Below, piece after piece: positions 13,488 to 24,462 of a stretch of DNA of 64,000 nucleotides. The position numbers were made by a program, and so were the translations under genes. Under the pieces are notes generated by a model. That model had not been told where the DNA came from, made no database searches, and saw only the letters and a list, made by a program, of their open reading frames with translations. Origin of the DNA: Macrostomum lignano (Eukaryota); contig NIVC01001008.1 in assembly GCA_002269645.1 (NCBI GenBank), positions 186,001 to 250,000 on the forward strand, in the 5' to 3' direction. How positions within the stretch are numbered: position 1 is the stretch's first letter; each line of letters opens with the position of its first letter.

Positions 13488-14545
13488 AATTCTTTTTAAA
13501 AAGTCTTTTAGTTTTCCTGACGTTGAAAAGCTTTAATTAAAAAAATATACTCTATGAAAATTCGAACCATCGTCGCTGCATTTAGCAGTTCAGTTTGTTC
13601 ACCTCTAGGCTAGCTCTCATCGTTTTGATAACATCAAATTTTGCACTTATATAATTCAACACTTTAAATTCCAAGCATAGAGTAAATCAAACGAAGCAGT
13701 TATGACATAACCAGTTTCTCAGTCAGTCAGTATCAGTTAACAATATGGTTACGCAATTTAAATCAAGTCTGGTGCTACGCTTCCACACTGCATTTTCAAT
13801 TCAAGTCGGAGTTACAATTCAGTTATGATGCAATCTATTTCAGAATCAGAATTCAACCAGTCAGTTTTTTCTCTAGCATTCTTACAATGCATTTCAAGTC
13901 GAAAACTTTGCTTGACCTTTGCAAAAAAGCATGTTTTTCGAATATTTAATCCCTTTAGCATTTAGCAATTTCTTAGCCAAGATACATGTACCGTCCCGGG
14001 AAAATTTCTGATCGAACAGTGCAAATTCTAACAAAATCGGTCAAGCCATTCAGGAGAAAATCGATTTCGTACAAACAAACAAACATCACATTTTTAGTAT
14101 ATTGGGTTTTTCCAGAAAAGTTATTTTCTGGGAAACTTCGAACCCATCCCAATCTAAGAGTCCAGTCAGAGAAAGAAGAAAGGATATCGAACTCGTGTGT
14201 GCTTCACGCACGCCTTGCATCGTAGTTAATCTATTCATCTCTCCCCTCTTCCGTATTTCTGGCAGAGCTCACTCGCTCGAATAGATCCCCAACCGATCAG
14301 TTGATAGCAAAAATAACGATTCGCGTTGGAAAATCTAATAAGTTCTCCCATTCAGCTTAGTTTCAGCCTAGTATCCCTTAGCATGTCAGTTCGTGATCGA
14401 CTAAAGTACAAACTAGAACGCTACACTCGTGCAAATCGTTTAATTGAATCTCATTAGAGAACGGTTTTTACCTCTGTAAATGCATAGGTGAGATGGGAAG
14501 CGCTGAATTCTCAATGTTTCTACCTTCCCATACACAAAGCTGAGA

Positions 14546-14773
14546 TGCTCAGTCTCACGGTGGGGGGAGTTGCTGAGATGCTCAGTCTCATGGTGGGGGG
14601 AGTTGCTGAGATGCTCAGTCTCATGGTGGGGGGATGTGCTGAGATGCTCAGTCTCATGATGGGGGGAGTTGCTGAGATGCTCAGTCTCATGGTGGGGGGA
14701 GTTGCTGAGATGCTCAGTCTCATGGTGGGGGGATGTGCTGAGATGCTCAGTCTCACGGGGGAGTTGCTGAGAT
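14546..14773. repeat. 33-bp minisatellite (~7 units)
   Basis: Unit TGCTGAGATGCTCAGTCTCATGGTGGGGGGAGT. Confidence 0.95.
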
Positions 14774-15226
14774 GCCATGGCTCAACTGAGTATTTCTGGT
14801 AGGCCCAACATCAAAGGAGGAGGTAAGTTAGGCCCTGGATTACGGGAAGTTACTGAAATGCCATCTGTCAAGAGGAAGCTTTGATCCCAAAGCTCACAGG
14901 GAATGCTGATAATGAGGCCAGTTGATAAATGTGAAAACAGAAAACAGTTCTGATCATAGAGCCGTATTGCAAACTGTGTAATTATTACTGTCAAGTATTT
15001 TTAAAGAATCAACCAGCAGAGCTTGAAGCAGTGCAACTCATCTCTCCCTCAGAGAAGCTACCTGTGTTCAGGGTGACAATTACCTGTGCAAAAATTTCTA
15101 AAGCGAAATTACTAAGAAAAACTCGTTGCAAAAGAAACAAAGATCAACCGTCGGGCAACTACAAAAAGAAGTTTGTCGCGAGTTTTTCATCGTGTTCTGA
15201 TAATAAATTTGATCATTGAAGAGAGC

Positions 15227-17390
15227 TCAACTGGCGATTGCCTCTTTCGGCAGCTCGATGGCCGCCACGACAGATCCGGCTTGCTGCTGCTGCTGCTGCT
15301 GCTGTTGATGTTGTTGTTGAAGCTGCGGCTGCTGCCAGGGCCGCAGGGTCTCCACGATGCTGCCGCGGCCGAAAACTTCGCCCAACGGCAGCCGATGGTC
15401 GCGCACGAAGCGCAGAGTGTCGCGCAGCTGCTTGGTGTAGGCGGATGGGCGCTCCTGGGCCGGGCAGGGGCTGAAGAACTTCACCAGCCTGTCGTCTGGC
15501 ATGCTGATCAGAAAGTCCAGCGACAGCCCGCCTGCCTGCGGCTGCCGGTAGGAGAACGGCTCGATGACGAGGCGCTGCGGCAGGCCGGAGTCGTACACGC
15601 AGGCCGGGCCCGACTGGCTGCTCAGGAAGCGGGCGCCGCGCAGGGCCGCCCAGGGCCCGCGGTCCTCGAAATCGGCCGGGGTCAGGCGAGCTCGGCGCAC
15701 GCAGAAGGCAACGCCCTGGAATAATTAATTGGAGGACGGCGCGTGACCGGAACTGGCTGTGACGGAGGTCAATGAAGAACCGGAAATGGCTGTGACGGAG
15801 GTCAATGAAAAACCGGAAATGGCTGTGACGGAAGTCAATGAAGAACCGGAAATGGCTGCGACGGAGGTCAATGAAGAACCGGAAATGGCTGTGACGGAGG
15901 TTAATGAAGAACCGGAAATGGCTGTCACGGAGGTCAATGAAAAACCGGAACTGGCTGTGACGGAGGTCAATGAAAAACCGGAAATGGCTGAGACGGAGGT
16001 CAAGGAAGAACCGGAAATGGCTGAGACGGAGGTCAAGGAAGAACCGGAAATGGCTGTGACGGAGGTCAATGAAGAACCGGAAATGGCTGTGACGGAGGTC
16101 AACGAAGAACCGGAAATAGCTGTGACGGGGTTAAAAAACGGAAACAACTGCCCCAAATTGATCCCTTTGATCCCCACCTGGATGATGGGGTAGGCCGTGT
16201 CGTCAATGACGCGGCTGTTGACGTGAGCCACGCAGGCAGTGCGCAGATGAAACTCAAACGGCGAGGACTGCATCGCCAGCAAGAGGTCGCCGGTGAGGCG
16301 CATCGTTTCCAGCGCCGGGTCCTGAAAGCCGCCGACCAGGTGGGCGTCCAGCTGGAGTCCGAGGCGGCTTTGACGGCTCAGCGGCTGTAGCGGCGACTGG
16401 CGAAGCATGCGTTCGATGCAGGTCTGCGGGCGGGCGGAGGTTGAGTCGCAGATAGAGCGCGACAGTGTCAGGGAGGTACGGGAGTGTCAGGGGAGATGGG
16501 GGAGTGTCACGGGAGGTGGGGGAGTGTCACGGGAGGTGGGGGAGTGTCACGGGAGGTGGGGGAGTGTCACGGGAGGTGGGGGAGTGTCACGGGAGGTGGG
16601 GGAGTGTCACGGGAGGTACGGGAGTGTCACGGGAGGTGGGGGAGTGTCAGGGGAGGTAGGGGAGTGTCACGGGAGGTGGGGGAGTGTCAGGGGAGGTAGG
16701 GGAGTGTCACGGGAGGTGGGGGAGTGTCAGGGGAGGTAGGGGAGTGTCAGGGGAGGTAGGGGAGTGTCACGGGAGGTGGGGGAGTGTCAGGGGAGGTGGG
16801 GAGTGTCAGGGGAGGTAGGGGAGTGTCAGGGGAGGTAGGGGAGTGTCAGGGGAGGTGGGGGAGTGTCAGGGGAGGTGGTGGAGTGTCAGGGGAGGTGGTG
16901 GAGTGTCAGGGGAGGTGGGGGAGTGTCAGGGGAGGTAGGGGAGTGTCAGGGGAGGTATAGGAGAACGTCAAGAGAGTCTTAGTAAGGTCAAGGAAGTAAT
17001 GAAGAGAAATGATAGTCGAGTGAGTCTTGATGCAGACAGCAAATAGCAGATGCGGCTCACCTTGATGAAGGCGCCAGCTCCGCAGCCGTCATATTTCAGC
17101 ATGCAGGTGTCGCCATTTGAGATGCGCCTGAGCACGAGGACAAGGCAGCTGGTGGCTCCATCGCTGCCCAGAGTTCTGACGCAGGGATCACAGGAGCTCA
17201 CGACAGCCATCTCGCGCTGGTGAAGGTACAACAAGCCGTCCTGCTGGCCCGTGAACCTCTTCACGGCCATGCTCTTGAGTTGGTTGGCAGCGGTGACTAA
17301 GGCCATGTTTGAACTGATTAGCAGGTACACCTGCTCAGGGTTGGACAGGATTTCGGAGGACACTGGCTTGCCTCGGATTAGCAGAACCAT
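15227..17390 (-). CDS. NTAN1: Protein N-terminal asparagine amidohydrolase homolog, 354 aa, complement(join(15227..15715,16178..16423,17061..17390))
   Basis: Motifs GLLYLHQREMAV, LGSDGATSC, LDAHLVGGFQD and FEDRGP...LRGAR match the recalled NTAN1 motifs (GLLYVQQRELAV, LGSDDATTC, LEVHLVGGFSD, FQDRGP...LRAAR). Both introns are GT-AG, phase 0. Poly-Q near the C-terminus. Confidence 0.92.
15748..16130. repeat. 30-bp minisatellite in NTAN1 intron 2
   Basis: Unit GAACCGGAAATGGCTGTGACGGAGGTCAATGA-like, period 30. Confidence 0.95.
16464..16957. repeat. G-rich 20-bp minisatellite in NTAN1 intron 1
   Basis: Unit GGGAGGTGGGGGAGTGTCA(C/G). Confidence 0.95.
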
Positions 17391-17828
17391 TTTGTGTCTG
17401 TCTTCGCTTCTGTCAGTGAATTCTCTATCTTGGCGGAATAACAGATTCAATAGCAACCATGCAGCAGTGCCTTTCTCTTTAGCTTGCTCAAAAACATTCT
17501 TTACTTTTCTGTACGCTAGTCATTTAGTCTATAGCCAAGACCAGTTAGCGAGCAACTTTCTGTCTATTTTAAAAGTGCAATTCGCTTCAATATTTTCTGT
17601 CACCAGTTTGTTTGCCATAGACAATGTGGGAAATAATATCTGCATAAAAAATTATGTAATGTCTTAACTTTAATGCAACTTGGAAATCGAACTTAGACCT
17701 TTTTGTCCCTTGCGTTCAATTATACAATCATGTTTGTGTGGAAAAGGATATAGTTTGTCTAAATTACCGCATACTGCACTAGGCGGTTTATGTTACTATA
17801 AGTAAGCAATTACGTATATGTAATTGCA

Positions 17829-18168
<340 letters not shown>

Positions 18169-19227
18169 AATCTAATTATAAGGCACTAACAGACTTTTAG
18201 TTGAGACCACGAGCTCTTAATATTTTTAATTGATGCTGAGAACTATATGGCATTTTGTAAAATATCTGAGACAAAAACCTCCTACCTAGGTGGGACTTGC
18301 AAGGTGAAAATTTAAAGTTCTCAGCAATTTAAAGTAAACAAACATCTTGGAAAAAGATAACACTAATTACAAACAGAAAAAACTAGCTTGAAAAATCCAG
18401 GAAAATAATAATTAAATCAGCTAGCAGCGTGAGCGCACTTCCTTGTTGAAACCTTCCCAGGTTTTCAAAATTCGAATTCTAATTAAAAATCATGATTAAC
18501 TACAGAATCCGAGCAAGATAATTGACATTTCAAATCTCCCTGTGCTTCCTGGGCAGACAGAATCCAAACCGTGGAGCAGCTCCAAACGCAAAAGAGGCAA
18601 AAGCAAGCAAGCTCAACGCTCTTTCAGTGCTTTAATCATCTCTTTTAGCGGTGTTGACACTTCTTAGAAGCTGCCTTGGAGCTTTGGTTGCTCGAGAATA
18701 GATTTTTTTGTTTAAACTCAACGCGTGCAGTTGAGGGCTGGGTAAGGGAGTTGTGGGCTGGAGCTCGCATCGTGTCATTTGCAGTGAAAACATGTCAGGA
18801 GAAAAATAATTTCCACCTGCATTAGTCTTGCCTCTTGTAGAAGAACTTAGTACAGAGTCCCGTGAGCTGAGCAATTCTGTCCAGCTGATTCATTCATCTC
18901 TCGCACCCAGCAACCCCGAGGCAACCGAGTTGAGGCAAGATTTCCAGTCACCCCCCCATGCTCACTGCTGATAGTTTCCGCTCTCTGCTCACACATTTTC
19001 GCATTGAACTCAACCTAAAACGATGATTATTAACTTCGGTTCAAACCGCTTCAGCTTCGGATTCTGACCTTAAATTGTGCCCCACCTTTTCCGCTGCCAA
19101 GCGCTGACAATGGCGTCATGGAGCTCTGAATTAAATCGAGCATCTGGAATTGGAGTTGTAAGCTGAACACCCCACCCTCCTTCATCAGCTCAACAAAGTG
19201 GCGCCCCCTGACGTAGGCGCTCACTGA

Positions 19228-19900
19228 AATGAAATGGGGCGCCATTCAAACAAAATGGCACCTACTCAAATGAAATGGCGCCAACTCAAATGAAATGGCG
19301 CCAACTCAAATGAAATGGCGCCTACTCAAACAAAATGGCGCCTACTCCGATGAAATAGCGCCTACCCAAATGAAATGGCGCCTACTCAAATGAAATGGTG
19401 CTTACTCAAATGAAATGGCGCCTACTCAAATGAAATGGCGCCTACCCAAATGAAATGGCGCCTACTCAAATGAAATGGCGCCTACTAAAATGAAATGGCG
19501 CCCACTAAAATGAAATAGCGCCCACTCAAATGAAGTAGTTCAAATGAACAAATCAACTACTCAAATTAAATGGCGCCTACTCAAATGAAATGGCGCCTAC
19601 TCAAATGAAATGGCGCCTACTCAAATGAAATGGCGCCTACTCAAATGAAATGGCGCCTACTCAAATGAAATGCTTACTCAAGTAAAATGGCGCCTACTCC
19701 GATGAAATGGCGCCTATTCAAATGAAATGGGGTCTACTTAAATGAACTGGCGCCTATTCAAATGAAATTGGGTCTACTTAAATGAGCTGGCGCCTATTCA
19801 AAGGAAATTACGCCTACTCAAATGAAATGGCGCCCCATGAAATGAAATGGCGCCTATTTAAATGAGATGGCGCCCACTCAAACAAAATGGCACCCACTCA
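19228..19900. repeat. 20-bp minisatellite
   Basis: Unit CAAATGAAATGGCGCCTACT. Confidence 0.95.
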
Positions 19901-20276
19901 ACTCAAGTCCAGATCGTTTAGTTTTAGAGCTCCATGGTTTAATCTGTAGGGTGGGGGCGCAAGCGGTTCCCAGAGAGGGGCAGCGGACAAAGACAGGACC
20001 GGGCCTGCACTAGGATTCGCAAATGCTGGCCCACTCAGACAGAGGTTTTTTCCGAATTGAAGAGAAGCCGTAACTGAGCAATTCAATAGCGCCATGGACC
20101 TCTGAAAGACAACGGATTGCCATTGGGACTGGAATTGAAAACCAGCAAGATTGAGAACTTAGTGGCACAGTCCAGGGGGTCATTTCTGGTTCCTGACTCC
20201 TGACCTCCCCTTCCCAACGGCCGACCAAAAGTATATTTTTTAAAATTTTCAACAAAAATGGTGATGGGTACACGTT

Positions 20277-20882
20277 TGGCGCTAAAATATTGATAAATTG
20301 GCGCCAAAAAGATTGATAAATTGGCGCTAAACATATTGATAAATTGGCGCTAAACATATTGATAAATTGGCGCTAAACATATTGATAAATTGGCGCTAAA
20401 CATACTGATAAACTGGCGCTAAACATACTGATAAATTGGCGCTAAACATACTGATAAATTGGCGCTAAACATACTGATAAACTGGCGCTAAACATACTGA
20501 TAAACTGGCGCTAAACATACTGATAAATTGGCGCTAAACATATTGATAAATTGGCGCTAAACATACTGATAAACTGGCGCTAAACATACTGATAAATTGG
20601 CGCTAAACATACTGATAAATTGGCGCTAAACATACTGATAAACTGGCGCTAAACATATTGATAAATTGGCGCTAAACATATTGATAAATTGGCGCTAAAC
20701 ATACTCATAAACTGGCGCTAAACATACTGATAAACTGGCGCTAAACATACTGATAAATTGGCGCTAAACATACTGATAAAGTGGCGCTAAACATACTCAT
20801 AAATTGGCGCTAAACATACTCATAAATTGGCGCTAAACATACTCATAAATTGGCGCTAAACATATTGATACATTGGCGCTAA
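20277..20882. repeat. 23-bp minisatellite
   Basis: Unit TGGCGCTAAACATA(C/T)TGATAAA(T/C). Confidence 0.96.
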
Positions 20883-21509
20883 AATCTCCACATGTTTGCA
20901 GTGCTGAAAATTCTTTGCCAAATTTTTGTTTTACTATCTTATATGGAGAGCTCCCGTTCTGGTGTTAGATGTTCGTTGTCACAAACGGTGCAAGTCCAGT
21001 CCAGTTTCATTCTCTTATTCAGTAGTCCATGCCCCTGTTGTGGTGGCGTTTGGCTTTGTTTAGGAAAAGGCTCAAATTGCCCTGTATTTATTTTATAGCA
21101 CTGAATGAAAGCATCAAGAGCCACAAGGCATCCCTGATCTGCTTCCCCGATCTTTTGCGGAACTTCTTATAAACTTATTGCCTAGCAGACAGTGGGAAAG
21201 CTCTGTTGCCAGTGGTCCTCATTACGAGCGTATTCTTAATGCAACTATATTATTGGTAGGGGACATCTGTATTACGCTCTATGCATATTGTGTATTCCGA
21301 ACTTTTACGGTAAGACATCAAACGAGAGACTTAATTAGCTTGGAGCCTGCAGTCTGTCCGAAGGCTTCTAGATAATAGGGATATTATTTCGAAAACATAT
21401 TTTGATAGTATAGGTCGTAAAAATATCGTAAAAATATGAATATGAATACTAGCTGGTCCATAAGTAAAAAAGAGGCCTTTGAGTTTTGAAGTTCTGGGAT
21501 TGAGAACTT

Positions 21510-21922
21510 TTGGGGTTTGTAGTTTTGGAGTTGTGAAATTTTGGAGTTGTGAAGTTTTGGAGTTGTGAAGTTTTGGGGTTGTGAAGTTTTTAAGTTGTGA
21601 AGTTTTGGAGTTGTGAAGTTTTGGGGTTGTGAAGTTTTTAATTTGTGAAGTTTTGGGGTTGTGAAGTTTTGGAGTTGTGAAGTTTTGGGGTTGTGAAGTT
21701 TTGGAGTTGTGAAGTTTTGGGGTTGTCAAGTTTTGGAGTTGTGAAGCTTTGGGGTTTAAAAATTTTTGGGGTTGCGAAGTTTTGGGGTTGTGAAGTTTTG
21801 GGGTTGTGAAGTTTTGGGGTTGTGAAGTTTTGGGGTTGTGAAATTTTGCGGTTGTGAAGTTTTAGGTTTGTGAAGTGTTAAGGTTGTGACGTTTTGAGGT
21901 TGTGACGTTTTGGGGTTGTGAA
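21510..21922. repeat. 16-bp minisatellite
   Basis: Unit GTTGTGAAGTTTTGG(G/A). Confidence 0.94.
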
Positions 21923-22345
21923 ATAATTTTATTGAATCGATTAAAAACAAGCACAAATTAAATTACGCTGTAAATCAAATTTAGCAGTAAAATCCACTCG
22001 GAATGAGGGGGTTGGACTGAGCAATATTGGACTAAGCAATAGTCGGTGTGTCATGCAGATATTGTCATTCATTAAGCCTGAACTCCAAGCTCAAACAATG
22101 CAGGCTTGGACTCGGCTCTTCTTTTCTATAGCCTAGCGTAAACTTTTTTGGAGTACCGTTGCACCTGAATTTTGCAGTGGCCTGCAGTGCATTCTGTGCG
22201 GGTTTCTTGGTTGAGCAGGCTCTGGCTTGATTACAATGACAGTGTGAGGAGGTAAACAGAATCATCGAGTTATTAGGGAGAAGAAATTATAAATTATTTA
22301 ATATATTCATGACGGTTTCTTTATACCACTAAACAACTCCTGTTC

Positions 22346-23489
22346 TACCTCAGAATCTCACCCCAATAAGTCAGCTACCTCAGAATCTCACCCCAATAAG
22401 TCAGCTACCTCAGAATCTCACCCCAATAAGTCAGCTACCTCAGAATCTCACCCCAATAAGCCAGCTACCTCAGAATCTCACCCCAATGATTCAGCTACCT
22501 CAGAATCTCACCCCAATAAGCCAGCTACCTCAGAATCTCACCCCAATGATTCAGCTACCTCAGAATCTCACCCCAATGATTCAGCTACCTCAGAATCTCA
22601 CCCCAATAATTCAGCTACCTCAGAATCTCACCCCAATAAGCCAGCTACCTCAGAATCTCACCCCAATAATTCAGCTACCTCAGAATCTCACCCCAATAAT
22701 TCAGCTACCTCAGAATCTCACCCCAATGATTCAGCTACCTCAGAATCTCACCCCAATAAGTCAGCATACCACAGGAATCTCACCCCAATAAGTCAGCTAC
22801 CGCAGGAATCTCACCCCAATAAGTCAGCTACCGCAGGAATCTCACCCCAATAAATCAGCTACCGCAGGAATCTCACCCCAATAATTCAGCTACCTCAGAA
22901 TCTCACCCCAATAATTCAGCTACCTCAGAATCTCACCCCAATAATTCAGCTACCTCAGAATCTCACCCCAATAATTCAGCTACCTCAGAATCTCACCCCA
23001 GTAAATCAGCTACCGCAGGAATCTCACCCCAATAAGTCAGCTACCGCAGGAATCTCACCCCAATAAATCAGCTACCGCAGGAATCTCACCCCAATAATTC
23101 AGCTACCTCAGAATCTCACCCCAATAATTCAGCTACCTCAGAATCTCACCCCAAAAATTCAGCTACCGCAGGAATCTCACCCCAATAAGTCAGCTACCTC
23201 AGAATCTCACCCCAATAATTCAGCTACCTCAGAATCTCACCCCAATAATTCAGCTACCGCAGGAATCTCACCCCAATAAGTCAGCTACCGCAGGAATCTC
23301 ACCCCAATAAGTCAGCTACCGCAGGAATCTCACCCCAATAAATCAGCTACCGCAGGAATCTCACCCCAATAATTCAGCTACCTCAGAATCTCACCCCAAT
23401 AATTCAGCTACCTCAGAATCTCACCCCAATAATTCAGCTACCTCAGAATCTCACCCCAATAATTCAGCTACCTCAGAATCTCACCTCAG
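22346..23489. repeat. 30/31-bp minisatellite
   Basis: Units CAGCTACCTCAGAATCTCACCCCAATAATT and the 31-bp variant CAGCTACCGCAGGAATCTCACCCCAATAAGT. Confidence 0.96.
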
Positions 23490-24462
23490 TACATACATCA
23501 GCCATCAGAGAATCTGAGAATCTTAAGCGATGCTTTACCGCTCGTAGATTACCCAAAACTCGTACAGGTGTTGCTTTATAAAGTCTCGCCTTAAGCTTTC
23601 AAGCTATTAGCTTGATGTAAAACTTAACATATTAAAAAATAAGTGTCGTACACAATGCCTCTTAACTTTAATGTAGTAAGTAGTGGGCACCCAATGGTCC
23701 TACCTACACAAGCCCCGTGCACCGACCAACCCTTACAAAACCAGCTAGGCATCACATGACAATTGAGGCCCCTCACTGACTCATCTGAGACCATGGCGGT
23801 AAAAAACCTTGCCGCAGAGCATTACAGACCGCCTCTGCAGCTTGTTGCATCTATATACCCTCATAGTTAATATTCGAATGCATTGGAAGGTACTAAAGCG
23901 TGAAGTGTGTGTGTGTGTGTTTTTTGCGGCGTGCGTGAGGCTTTTGCTTTCCTACTTAATATATGGATAGAACGAACTCCACAACTCTGCCCTGGCTGCA
24001 TCCTACTGTTATAGCAGCTTCCTAGTAAATATTAGTGAAGAATTGTAGTAAAGACGGGGGCGCGTTCGGTCGTAATTTGTTTCCATTGTTCCGCTGTGCA
24101 ACTTGCCCAATCCAAGATGAGGCATGCTCTGTTGACAACACTGGGCTGGGCGGGCCTCCCCACCCTCAGGTCCAGGGGGAGCCCGCGGTGTGTCTTTCCA
24201 TTTTTACTACTCTGCGTCAGCTCTGACTCCGAGGCCTGTGCTCCACCCCCTCCTCGCACTGAGTGGACTGTGGGGAGAGAGAGAGACAGAAGAACCTGCC
24301 ATCCACCCCAGTGCCACGCTACAACTGCACGAGCCGGGGCCCGAGGGAGCAGAACAGCCAAGTGATCCAACAACAAAGATATTCCAGAGCTCCTTCACAA
24401 GTTGCCGAGTTTTATCCTAGCATCAACGGTTACTTTCAAGCAGTCCGGTCAGACTCACAGAG

